The notes beneath the pieces were generated by a model. The model made no database searches. It was not told the origin of the DNA and saw only the letters and a list, made by a program, of their open reading frames with translations. 64,000 bases of DNA from Bacteroidia bacterium. GTDB lineage: Bacteria; Bacteroidota; Bacteroidia; AKYH767-A; OLB10. The DNA lies in assembly GCA_038206385.1 (NCBI GenBank), contig JBBRAW010000005.1, positions 4,241 through 68,240 of the forward strand, written 5' to 3'. The stretch's first letter is position 1; the number at the start of each line of letters is the position of its first letter. Position numbers and translations under genes: made by a program. Positions 53,751-63,293 of this stretch are shown here, in pieces.

Positions 53751-53917
53751 AATCAATGATAGTTACAGGAACATTAAAGTTGAAAAGTTAGAATAAATCA
53801 TTGGATTGTAAGTTATCGTGGACAAGGTTTATTTTCTATGGACTTTTCCAATTAATTTAATATTTTACAAAAGTCGGTTCTGTTAAAGCGTTAAAAAAGG
53901 GTGAAACCTGCAAATTA

Positions 53918-53951
53918 GGGGGGTATTTTACCCCCCGTGTAAAATACCCGT
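53918..53951. promoter_or_regulatory. GGGGGGTA-TTT-TACCCCCC palindrome plus a third TACCC half-site, candidate response-regulator site
   Basis: Perfect 8-bp arms; GGGTATTTTAC (53921) is also inverted at 53939. Striking GC patch in an AT-rich promoter. Confidence 0.6.
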
Positions 53952-54109
53952 TTATAAATGGTTTAAATCGTTTTCATTTGTATGACAAATCCATAACTAC
54001 TTATATGAGAGTTCAACGATGCCCAGAAGCAAATACTGGAGAATAAGGAAGTCAGATAAATACTAATAATATAAGTGCATGGCCCATTCCAGCTACGGAT
54101 AGAAATTTA

Positions 54110-54808
54110 ATGTACTCCTCTCGTTATGAGGCGATGACCCAAAGTGATAATAATGAATTATTATTTATTGATAGCATTGTTAATGTGAAAATATTAATTG
54201 AGTATTATAAAAGTTATGAAAACAGTTTGTTTTTAGGATTGCGTTTTTACCCAGGTTACGATAATAGCAATACCATTTTTTCTGTTTTATGCCTTTCAAG
54301 TGAAACCGAAGCACCAGATGCAGATCATATATTGTTAGGAGATACCAATATAATAACAACTCTTATTCCAACCACAGCTACCATTGCAAGATCATATATA
54401 AACCAATATTGGACGAATGTATTTATTGATGGTCAGCCACAATCATTATTGAACAGGTATTATAAAAAATCGAGGTACTTCTCATGGGAAACTATTTTAA
54501 TTTATTTATCTGCCAACATCCCAAATTTTGATGCAAATGACCCTCTTACATTTGAGAATTATTCGTTAAATTTTGAACATGCATTTTGTAACACAACAAT
54601 GGCAGAGCGATTTATAGGTTATGGCATAAACTTATTTCCTGGAATGGTTGCTATTGATTTATGTGGATATGCGATAATGATGCAAGTTTTAGATCAACAA
54701 TATAATTCATTGATTGATCCTAATGCAATTTATCAAGAGGGAAATTATGCAGGGAGGCATTTGGAAATAGCAAAACCATGCCCTCCATTTTGCGGTGACA
54801 CCTTTTAA
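54110..54808 (+). CDS. Hypothetical protein ending in PCPPxC (possibly starting at 54005 with a nonsense codon at 54044)
   Basis: GLRFYPG motif and C-terminal LEIAKPCPPFC. The upstream in-frame ATG 54005 is interrupted by one TAA. Confidence 0.7.
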   Translation: MYSSRYEAMTQSDNNELLFIDSIVNVKILIEYYKSYENSLFLGLRFYPGYDNSNTIFSVLCLSSETEAPDADHILLGDTNIITTLIPTTATIARSYINQYWTNVFIDGQPQSLLNRYYKKSRYFSWETILIYLSANIPNFDANDPLTFENYSLNFEHAFCNTTMAERFIGYGINLFPGMVAIDLCGYAIMMQVLDQQYNSLIDPNAIYQEGNYAGRHLEIAKPCPPFCGDTF

Positions 54809-54855
54809 CTCAATAAAAAAAATTATCTTGTTGCCTTTAATCAATAAAGGTAAAT

Positions 54856-55524
54856 GTGTTAAAACTACTCTTTTATTTATGTAAGGATGCGACTATTCCG
54901 TTAGCAATAATTACAAGTCTTTTATTATTATTGCTATTAAAGAAAATCTATAAAAACGAAATAAATATTCTTTTAATAGTTCTCTGCTATACCATAACAG
55001 AAATTACAGCTGGAACACTTGGTTTTCATCATCAATATAATTTATGGTTTTATAATTTAACGATTTTACCTACTTATTATTTATACGCTTATCTATATTA
55101 TAAAAATTTAAACAATGAAAGGTTAAAGAAATCAATAAAAGTAGCATCAATTTTATTTACAATAGTATACTTTATAAATAATAAATACGGACAAGGCGAA
55201 ACAGGATTTAACACCTTAACTTATATACCTGCAAATACATTTGTTGCAATTATCGCATTCATGTATATGAAACAATTTGTTGAAACCAGAGATGAAAATC
55301 CATTCTCAGATTTATTATTTTGGTTTTCGTTAGCAACAGTTCTTGATCTTACAGGATCGATACCGACATTGTGTACATTGTCGACAATTGATTTTGCAAA
55401 AGAAGAAATAGTTGTAAATTTTAATAAAATGCTTGCCTGGGTAGAATATTTGTGGTTTATAATAATAATAATTGGTTCAATATGGACAAAGGCAAGAGTG
55501 AAATTGCCATCTTCATTATCTTAA
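54856..55524 (+). CDS. Integral membrane protein with about 6-7 TM helices
   Basis: Hydrophobic throughout; YNLWFYN, FNTLTY, LLFWFSLA. 3' end overlaps the kinase start. Confidence 0.75.
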   Translation: MLKLLFYLCKDATIPLAIITSLLLLLLLKKIYKNEINILLIVLCYTITEITAGTLGFHHQYNLWFYNLTILPTYYLYAYLYYKNLNNERLKKSIKVASILFTIVYFINNKYGQGETGFNTLTYIPANTFVAIIAFMYMKQFVETRDENPFSDLLFWFSLATVLDLTGSIPTLCTLSTIDFAKEEIVVNFNKMLAWVEYLWFIIIIIGSIWTKARVKLPSSLS

Positions 55525-56276
55525 CAACTTTTGTTATTTTATTGATGATTCTTATGTTAGTTAACTTACTGCTTTCTGGTAGGAATAAACGACTAAGATT
55601 CAAAAGTGAATTAGCTGAAATGAAGACGCAGTTAGAAATGGAATTAGCAAAGACAAGAGTAGAAGTTGCTGAAAGTACTTTAAACGATGTTGCGCGCGAC
55701 TTGCATGATGATGTAGGACAACAAATAAGTTTTAGTATAATACAACTCAATAATTTTTTACAAGTTGCGGATCTAAATACAAACAAAACACTTGCTGAAG
55801 CAAAAGAAAGTATGCATGATGCATTACAATCTGTTCGATCAATTTCGAAAGTTTTAAGTCATGATTATATTAGTTCCTTTGGAATTAATAATGCGATAGA
55901 ACAATTATTTTCAGGACTAAAAAGAAAGGGAATCATTCAAACATCTTTAGATTTTTCGAATGAAATACATTTTATATCAGCATCAAATGAGATTTTTGCT
56001 TTTCGCATAATTCAAGAATGTATTAGCAATACCATTAAGCATGCAGAGGCTGATCATTTATCACTTTTTATTCGTGAGGAGAATAATATTATTACAATAA
56101 CATATAGTGATAATGGAAAGGGGATAAATTTCGAAATGATAAATAACGACTTCAAAAAATTCTCGATGGGATTTAGTAATCTCATCAAGCGAGCGGAATT
56201 GATGAAAGGAACAATAACGTTTTTACCTGCAGAAAATGGTGGTCTTAAAACAGTATTAATTTTTCCAAATATTTAA
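55482..56276 (+). CDS. Histidine kinase (HisKA_3 / NarX-type) with one TM helix and no sensor domain
   Basis: VARDLHDDVGQ, FRIIQECISNTIKHA, YSDNGKG, MGFSNL. Confidence 0.93.
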   Translation: MDKGKSEIAIFIILTTFVILLMILMLVNLLLSGRNKRLRFKSELAEMKTQLEMELAKTRVEVAESTLNDVARDLHDDVGQQISFSIIQLNNFLQVADLNTNKTLAEAKESMHDALQSVRSISKVLSHDYISSFGINNAIEQLFSGLKRKGIIQTSLDFSNEIHFISASNEIFAFRIIQECISNTIKHAEADHLSLFIREENNIITITYSDNGKGINFEMINNDFKKFSMGFSNLIKRAELMKGTITFLPAENGGLKTVLIFPNI

Positions 56277-56286
56277 ACGGAGCATT

Positions 56287-56961
56287 ATGGAAATCAAAAT
56301 TGGATTAGTAGATGATCATCATTTGATACGTAAGGGGATACGATCATTGTTAGGAAATTTAAACAATTACGAAGTAGTTCTTGAGGCATCGAATGGAAAA
56401 GAAATGATTCAACAATTGGAGACAGCAGAAATACTACCTGAAATAATTTTGATTGATGTGAACATGCCTGTGATGGGCGGTGTTGAAGCAGTAAAAATAG
56501 TTACAGATAAATTTCCAGAAATTAAAATGATAGCATTATCGGTGAGTGATGATGTTAAGACTATAAAAGAGATGATTGGTGCTGGGGCAAAGGCATATCT
56601 CTTTAAAGATTCATCACCGGAATTATTTTTAAATGTTTTAGTTCAGGTGAAAGAAAACGGTTTTTTTTATGATAAAGTTGTTATTGAAAGTTTAATGTTG
56701 GCGAATAAACCACCATCATGGGAAAACAAGAAAAAGGATAATTATAAATCGCAGCTTCAAGTACAAGAACTCACTTTAAGAGAAATAGAGTTTATCCAAT
56801 ATTGTTGTAGCGAACTTACCTATAAAGAAATCGCGGAAAAAATGAAATTGAGTTATCGTACTATTGATGGACATCGAGAAGCAGTTTTTACCAAGCTAGA
56901 AGTAAAATCCAGAACGGGGTTGGTAATTTTTGCTATTTATTTGGGTCTAGTAAAATTATAG
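56287..56961 (+). CDS. NarL/LuxR-family response regulator
   Basis: LVDDH, ILIDVNMPVMGG, GAKAYLFKD, LTLREIE...TYKEIAEKM.LS.RTIDGHR. Confidence 0.94.
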   Translation: MEIKIGLVDDHHLIRKGIRSLLGNLNNYEVVLEASNGKEMIQQLETAEILPEIILIDVNMPVMGGVEAVKIVTDKFPEIKMIALSVSDDVKTIKEMIGAGAKAYLFKDSSPELFLNVLVQVKENGFFYDKVVIESLMLANKPPSWENKKKDNYKSQLQVQELTLREIEFIQYCCSELTYKEIAEKMKLSYRTIDGHREAVFTKLEVKSRTGLVIFAIYLGLVKL

Positions 56962-57009
56962 GATTTTGATTGGTAAAAGATAATATCTTCGAAAGACAAA
57001 AGCGTTATA

Positions 57010-57771
57010 ATGATTCGTCAAAATTTAACTAAAAAGAAGGCGGCACGTCGTCATATTAAATGGCGTGGACATGATATTTTACGAATAGAAAGTTTTAGCG
57101 ATGCCATCTTCGCTTTCGCAATGACATTACTTGTGGTTTCATTAGAAGTGCCTAAAACATTTGTGGAATTAAAGATGGGAATGTCTGGCGTGCCTGGATT
57201 TGCAATATGTTTTAGTTTATTATTTTTTATTTGGCATGATCAATATATTTTCTTTCGTCATTATTATTTGAATGATACGCGAACAATATTTTTAAATGCG
57301 ATATTATTATTTACAGTTTTATTTTATGTGTATCCATTAAAATTTCTTTTCTCGTTATTGATAGATGGAAATACGTTTATGGAAAATGGTGTGGCGCATG
57401 AGAAATTAACATCATACACTCAGCTACGAGATTTGATGGAAATTTATGGATTAGGATTCTTCTTTATCTATTTTGTTTTTCTGTTATTGTACATGAATGC
57501 GATGCGACATAAAGAAAAATTGCAACTCAACAACATCGAAATTTATCATACCAAAACAGAAATGTACAAACAAGGTTTCATGATGTTTTTTGGTTTATCG
57601 AGTGCCATTGCCGCCTACCTCGTTCCCGATATATACACAGGAACCACCGGATTTTTTTACATGCTCATTGGCCCCGTATTAGTATTCTTATTCAAATTCC
57701 GATTTGCTCGAATGAAAAAAATATTTTCACAAAGCGAGATGGAGGAACATGATGTTTGGGTGGCGGGATGA
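57010..57771 (+). CDS. TMEM175 (DUF1211) family potassium channel-like protein
   Basis: RIESFSDAIFAFAMTLLV signature, W..H/Q..FF motif, about 6 TM helices. Confidence 0.85.
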   Translation: MIRQNLTKKKAARRHIKWRGHDILRIESFSDAIFAFAMTLLVVSLEVPKTFVELKMGMSGVPGFAICFSLLFFIWHDQYIFFRHYYLNDTRTIFLNAILLFTVLFYVYPLKFLFSLLIDGNTFMENGVAHEKLTSYTQLRDLMEIYGLGFFFIYFVFLLLYMNAMRHKEKLQLNNIEIYHTKTEMYKQGFMMFFGLSSAIAAYLVPDIYTGTTGFFYMLIGPVLVFLFKFRFARMKKIFSQSEMEEHDVWVAG

Positions 57772-57883
57772 GTGGAACTACTAAAATTTAATTTAATTTG
57801 ATAACAAGACAAGTTAATTAACAAGAAAAGGCGGGGTTGCTGAAAACGGAGTAGAGTAGGCGACAATAATTTATTCTAAAGTT

Positions 57884-58150
57884 ATGAAGAAAAACAAGCT
57901 AATTAAATTTGTGTTGCTGATATTAGCAATTACATTAGTGACATCATGTTCAAAAATGTATCAAGTTTTTGAAACTAGTTCTGCGGATACGAAACTTGAA
58001 AGGGATTCATATTTATTTGAAAACGCTGACATTAAAATCAGCTACAATTTTTGGGCTGATGCTGGACAAGTTTCATTCGTGCTTACTAACAAACTTGATT
58101 CATCTATTTATATTGATTGGGATAAATCACATTTAATCACTAAGGGTTAA
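57884..58150 (+). pseudogene. Lipoprotein, probably truncated by the IS insertion
   Basis: Lipobox LVTSC; ORF ends at the IS left end and no continuation was seen after the IS. Confidence 0.55.
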
Positions 58151-58688
58151 TTCCCCGCCCCTTGGGGCGAATGTATAAATTTGTGGATGTCAGAAAGTAA
58201 ATATATTCATAAGTCACAAAATGTTTCGGTTTTGTTGTATCATTTTGTATGTCGAGCAAAATATAGAAGAATTGTATTCAGTGAAGAGGTAGACAAAACG
58301 ATGAAAGAAATATGATTAGAAATAAGTAAGCGCTATGAAGTACATTTTTTAGAAATAGGCACAGACCAATTCCACGTTCATTTTTTGTTACAATCGGTTC
58401 CTAAGACTAGCCCTACACAAATAATAACAATGATAAAAAGTTTAACAGCGAAAGAGATATTCAAGAAACATCAGGAAGTGAAAAGAATTTTGTGGGGCGG
58501 AGAGTTTTGGTCAGATGGATATTTTGTGAATACTGTAAGTAAATTTGGCGATGAACAAACGATATCAAAATATGTGAGTGAACAAGGAGTAGAGAAGGAA
58601 TATAGAATCTTACACAAGGAAAAACAGTTAAGATTGTTTTAGACAAACAAAAAGATACCCCGCTGCTCTGCGGCGGGGAGATTCATTG
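58150..58688 (+). mobile_element. tnpA: IS200/IS605-family element (tnpA only), transposase inactivated
   Basis: ATG 58187 to TAG 58642: YHFVCRAKYRR, HVH (HUH), LWGGEFWSDGYF, KYV. In-frame TGA at 58313. End hairpins CGCCCC-TT-GGGGCG (58156) and CCCCGCTGC-TCT-GCGGCGGGG (58658). Confidence 0.88.
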
Positions 58689-58748
58689 TTTGAATAAATT
58701 TTTTTTTTAAGCATTACAATTTGATATTTCCTTTTTGCGTTTGAATAC

Positions 58749-59093
58749 CTATTTAAAATTATCCGTAATTCTTTTCTTGTCTTCATGTTCCTTGTCGTTT
58801 TTGTGATACAATTCGATGAATGTAATTTTTTGTTCAACAGGAAAGAGAGCATATATTAATCTCAATCCTGAATTTACTCCTTTTCCTTTTAATGACTTAC
58901 ACGCAATTTTTTTAACCTTTATGATACAGGTTTCTAAACCCAAATTATAAATACGAAAACTAAACGGTGGTCTTTCATCGGGTGTAACTTTCAACACACG
59001 TTTTACCACGTCTAAATCATCATTTAATGTTCTGAATTTTTTTAAAAGAGTTTTTAAATCCTTTTTAAATTCGGACAATTCATCAAAGGTCAT
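58749..59093 (-). CDS. RelE/ParE-like putative toxin
   Basis: EFKKDLKTLLKKFRTL, IIKVKKIACKSLKGKGVNSGLRLIYA; overlaps the antitoxin stop. Confidence 0.7.
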   Translation of the reverse strand: MTFDELSEFKKDLKTLLKKFRTLNDDLDVVKRVLKVTPDERPPFSFRIYNLGLETCIIKVKKIACKSLKGKGVNSGLRLIYALFPVEQKITFIELYHKNDKEHEDKKRITDNFK

Positions 59094-59905
59094 TGTGCTT
59101 CAATTTCATCTCCATAGTTTCTTACAGAGAAAGGAGCATCTCTATAAAAAGCTAATTCATAATTTATTTCTTCTCCTTCTTTTGAAGCCAACCAAGGCAT
59201 ATCCTTATGAGAATAGTTGCTTATTGCAGCAGCAGACCAATCACTCATTTGCACAATTACTCTGTCGATGATTTCCTTTTCACTTGCTCTTAGTTCAGTT
59301 AAATCAGCTTTCTCTAAAGGTAAATAACGAATTTGAGGATAACCATGATAATCTGTTTTTACTCTTTTCAATTGCACCTTATCAATCATTTGATTAATGA
59401 TTGTATCAAACTTTTGTGGCACTGGGCCAAAAGGTAATTTACGATACTTAGCGCCTGTTAAATGTTCTTCATACAATTCATAATAGTTGAAGTCGGAAAA
59501 ATAAAGCAACTTGTAAAGAACAGTTTCACCAACATTGGGCTTACCTGCACAGCGTTCAAGAATATACAACAAAACATTTTTAAACTTATTTACTTGCAGC
59601 GTCGCAACAGAAATTCGTTCTTCTACTTTCTTTGTCTTTTTTTTTTCTTTTGCATCAATATCTTGATCTCGATAATTTTCGGCAGAGAAATCTTTAGACA
59701 TAAAATCATCCAATGAAAACGCTAAAATCATTGACAGTTTTTGCAATTCGAGAATATCAACACTTCTGTTTCCTAATTCAATTTGAGCCAGCGACGGTCG
59801 AGAAATTTTGACAGTTTTAGCCAAATCTTCCTGCGACAACCCCTTCATTTTACGAAGCACAGTTATCCTCTGACCTATTTGCTTTTGTGACAATTTTATG
59901 CTCAT
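59090..59905 (-). CDS. XRE-HTH plus DUF4065 (Panacea/SocA-like) antitoxin
   Basis: LSQEDLAK..ISRPSLAQIELG HTH; KLLYFSDF, YRKLPFGPVP, ISNYSHKDMPW. Confidence 0.85.
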   Translation of the reverse strand: MSIKLSQKQIGQRITVLRKMKGLSQEDLAKTVKISRPSLAQIELGNRSVDILELQKLSMILAFSLDDFMSKDFSAENYRDQDIDAKEKKKTKKVEERISVATLQVNKFKNVLLYILERCAGKPNVGETVLYKLLYFSDFNYYELYEEHLTGAKYRKLPFGPVPQKFDTIINQMIDKVQLKRVKTDYHGYPQIRYLPLEKADLTELRASEKEIIDRVIVQMSDWSAAAISNYSHKDMPWLASKEGEEINYELAFYRDAPFSVRNYGDEIEAQ

Positions 59906-59946
59906 ACCAATTTATGTTACACAGTTTAACAAGACAAAGATCCCTA

Positions 59947-59988
59947 TTGTTTTAATATAAAACAAATAGTTGTTTCAAATTAAAACAA
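59947..59988. promoter_or_regulatory. Two tandem 19-bp palindromic operators TTGTTT(T/C)A-N3-TAAAACAA
   Basis: Copies at 59947-59965 and 59970-59988, upstream of the HTH-Panacea gene. Confidence 0.7.
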
Positions 59989-60233
59989 TTGTCAAGTGAA
60001 AAACAAACGTTATTTGTAAGTGCTATTTATAATCGCACAACTTGTCTGGATAATTTCGCATAATCTAAAGCAAGACGATTTTTCATCAATAAAAACAATT
60101 TTTCAAGTGTCTGCTTTAAAATAAAAATAACCTGAATGCAACAGCAGCCGAGACCATAAAATACTACTTCCAAGCACAAATAAAATTATTGCGAAAAAAC
60201 ATTACTTTTGCGACATAAAGTAGATCTAAACGC

Positions 60234-60740
60234 TTGAAAAAAGTTAGTTGCATTGCATTTCTTTTAATCATTCTGATGCAGTCAGGTGGATTGTTATTGA
60301 TTTACAAAATCCAACAAAGCTGTGTGCAGATTGAAATGTTGCAGGAAATAAATAGCAAACAGGTAAAATTTCAAAAATTAACGCTTACACTTTCCGAATT
60401 TCAAAAATGTAAAATCAATTCAAACGAACTTTCTTTGAATGAAAAAATGTATGATTTTACATCAGCAGTTGTTACGGGCAATACCGTTCAACTTCTTGTA
60501 GTCAACGACAGCAAAGAGGAAGACATCTTGGAAAAAATTAAAGTGGTCACGCATAATTCTAGTCAACAAAACAATCAATTACCCAATCAAATCTCAAAAT
60601 TTTTAATGCTTACTTATATTTTTCCAACTGTTGAGAAACAATTTTACTTTCAAGAACAACAAAATATTTTTCTACCTTATTGTATAAACATCGTTTCATT
60701 TACAAGCGATATTTTATCTCCCCCACCAGAGTTAGTTTAA
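60234..60740 (+). CDS. Hypothetical protein upstream of a TonB receptor, N-terminal hydrophobic helix and C-terminal SPPP
   Basis: TTG start, signal/TM-like N-terminus, ends ILSPPPELV 87 bp before the receptor gene. Confidence 0.6.
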   Translation: MKKVSCIAFLLIILMQSGGLLLIYKIQQSCVQIEMLQEINSKQVKFQKLTLTLSEFQKCKINSNELSLNEKMYDFTSAVVTGNTVQLLVVNDSKEEDILEKIKVVTHNSSQQNNQLPNQISKFLMLTYIFPTVEKQFYFQEQQNIFLPYCINIVSFTSDILSPPPELV

Positions 60741-60827
60741 CACAATCCATTTTTTAAACTTTGCTGATGTTGCATCATTTATTGGTGTGCATTCCTAATT
60801 CCTATATTACTGTATAAAAATAAAAAA

Positions 60828-63266
60828 ATGAAACTTATAAAAATTAAGTTACTAGTAGTGTTAATTCTATTCTCACAATTCATATACGCACAAAATTCTT
60901 TGAGTGGAAAAATTACCGATAATGTAACTCATGTATCAATAAATAATGCTTTTGTTTATATTCCTGATTTAAAATTGGGAGCCAATACAAATGCAGAAGG
61001 AAATTATATTATAAAAAACATTCCTAATGGAACATACCTAGCAGTAGCAAGTCTTATTGGTTATGCTTCTCAAACAAAAGAAATAGCACTTAAAGAAACA
61101 GCCACTTCCGATTTCGCTTTAGAGCAATCTACTTCCGAATTAAAAGAAGTAATTGTTACGGGCGTTTCTTCTGCTACCGAGCAACAGAGCAATCCTATTC
61201 CTGTTAGTGTAGTTACCTATAGTGACCTGCTTCAAAATAGCGCAACAAATATTATTGATGCAATTTCTATTTCTCCAGGCGTTTCACAAATTACAGTTGG
61301 TGCAAGTATTTCAAAACCTATCATTCGCGGATTAGGATACAATCGTGTTATCACTATGAATGATGGCGTTCGTCAAGAAGGGCAACAATGGTTTGATGAA
61401 TTTGGTGAAGAGATTGATGAATACTCTGTGAATAAAGTTGAAATATTAAAAGGACCAGCAAGTTTAAGTTATGGTTCGGATGCAATGGCAGGTGTAATTA
61501 ATATGTTAGATGCACCCTCTTTATCTGATGGAAAAATTAAAGGAAATATTTTAGCAAACTACCAAACCAATAATGGATTGATTGCAGAATCATTTAATCT
61601 AGCTGGTAATCAAAAGGGATTTATTTGGGATGTTCGTTACAGCAATAAAATGGCGCACGATTATAAAAATAAATATGATGGCTACGTTTGCAATTCAGCG
61701 TATGCTGAAAGTAATTTTAAAGCATTGCTTGGCATCAATCAAAAGTGGGGATTTTCACACTTAACGCTTTCTTCTTTTGATATGGAATTAGGAATTATAG
61801 AAGGCATTCGTGATAGTGCAACAGGAAAGTTCTTACAACATTTTCTTATCGACGGACCCGATGATAGTTTAGGTATCGCACCAGAAAGTAGTTTTAAAAA
61901 ATATAATAATTTCCCAGTTATTCATCAACACATTCGTCATTACAAAGCAGTATTAGATAACAGTTTTGCGATTAGTAATGGTCGGTTAAATTTGCTTTTA
62001 GGATTTCAACAAAACCTTCGTCAGGAAGCAAATGATTTAACGCAAGGAGATGTTTACAATAATTTTTTTCACCTCAATACAATTAATTATGATGCACGAT
62101 TTATTTTCCCCGAAAAAAATCATTTAGAAAGATCAATTGGTGTAAATGGAATGCAACAAAGTTCTATCAATAAAGGAACGGCATTTGTAATTCCCGAATA
62201 CGATATATTTGATATTGGAGTGTTTGTTTTCGCAAAAAAAATGTTTAATAAACTTTCAATTAGTGGTGGCTTACGTTACGATTCTCGAATGTTAAAAGGG
62301 AAAGAATTATGGGTAGATTCTACGGGAGCAAGGTTGCCGGGTAATCAAGTGGGAGCGATAGCAGATTTTACTCCTTATACATCCAACTTTTCAGGACTTT
62401 CGGGCAGCATAGGTGCTACTTATGATTTCACTGAACTTGTTTACGGAAAAATAAATTTAGCAAGAGGATATCGTGCACCAACAGCAGCTGAAAGTGGAGC
62501 AAATGGTATTCATGACGGCACTCCTTTTTACGAAATTGGAGACCATAATCTCAAAGCAGAAAACAGTTTACAATTTGATGCAACAATTGGTATCAACTCT
62601 AAAGATGTTTTAGCAGAAGTAACAGGTTTCATAAACAATATTGACAATTATATTTTTGCAGAAAAACTGATAAGTGTATTTGGCGGAGATTCTCTTAGAG
62701 GCGATCCTGCACTTGCATTAGCAGAAGGACCCGCTTTCAAATATGTACAAGGAAACGCAGTACTTTCAGGAGGTGAGTTTGTTTTAAATATTCATCCTCA
62801 CACAATCAAATGGCTGCAATTTGATAATAGTTTGTCATTGGTTAATGCTATTCAAAAGAATCAACCCGATTCAACTAAGTATTTACCTTATACCCCACCT
62901 GCTAAATATAGAACAGAATTAAAATTTGTTTGTCCTAAAGGCAAGACCATAAAAAATGGATATGTAAAAGTAGGTTTAGATTATTATTTCGAGCAGAATA
63001 AAATTTATTATAAATACGGGAACGAAACTGTTACACCCTCATATTCTTTAATAAATGTTGGCATAGGTGGAGATGTTTGTGTTCACGATAAAGCATTATT
63101 TTCACTTTATATAAATGCATCAAACCTTGCCGATGTTGCTTATCAAAGTAGCATGAGTCGTTTAAAATATGCCGATACCAATCATGCAACAGGACGAGTA
63201 GGCGTTTATAATATGGGACGAAATATTATTATTAAACTTCTTATCCCTATTGATATTAAAAAGTAA
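60828..63266 (+). CDS. TonB-dependent outer-membrane receptor
   Basis: Signal peptide, carboxypeptidase-regulatory-like N-domain, LKEVIVTG, plug KPIIRGLGYNRV and VEILKGPASLSYGSDAMAGVIN, beta-barrel ending MGRNIIIKLLIP. Confidence 0.94.
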   Translation: MKLIKIKLLVVLILFSQFIYAQNSLSGKITDNVTHVSINNAFVYIPDLKLGANTNAEGNYIIKNIPNGTYLAVASLIGYASQTKEIALKETATSDFALEQSTSELKEVIVTGVSSATEQQSNPIPVSVVTYSDLLQNSATNIIDAISISPGVSQITVGASISKPIIRGLGYNRVITMNDGVRQEGQQWFDEFGEEIDEYSVNKVEILKGPASLSYGSDAMAGVINMLDAPSLSDGKIKGNILANYQTNNGLIAESFNLAGNQKGFIWDVRYSNKMAHDYKNKYDGYVCNSAYAESNFKALLGINQKWGFSHLTLSSFDMELGIIEGIRDSATGKFLQHFLIDGPDDSLGIAPESSFKKYNNFPVIHQHIRHYKAVLDNSFAISNGRLNLLLGFQQNLRQEANDLTQGDVYNNFFHLNTINYDARFIFPEKNHLERSIGVNGMQQSSINKGTAFVIPEYDIFDIGVFVFAKKMFNKLSISGGLRYDSRMLKGKELWVDSTGARLPGNQVGAIADFTPYTSNFSGLSGSIGATYDFTELVYGKINLARGYRAPTAAESGANGIHDGTPFYEIGDHNLKAENSLQFDATIGINSKDVLAEVTGFINNIDNYIFAEKLISVFGGDSLRGDPALALAEGPAFKYVQGNAVLSGGEFVLNIHPHTIKWLQFDNSLSLVNAIQKNQPDSTKYLPYTPPAKYRTELKFVCPKGKTIKNGYVKVGLDYYFEQNKIYYKYGNETVTPSYSLINVGIGGDVCVHDKALFSLYINASNLADVAYQSSMSRLKYADTNHATGRVGVYNMGRNIIIKLLIPIDIKK

Positions 63267-63293
63267 GATTATTTTTTTCAAACAGTTGAGTTT

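Noticed and set aside
58642-58748. tnpB or other IS605 cargo
   Set aside because: The right-end hairpin follows tnpA within 20 bp, leaving no room for a further ORF.
58628-58852. 74-aa minus-strand ORF
   Set aside because: It reads through the IS right-end hairpin (ESPRRRAAGYL) and overlaps the toxin gene; an artefact.
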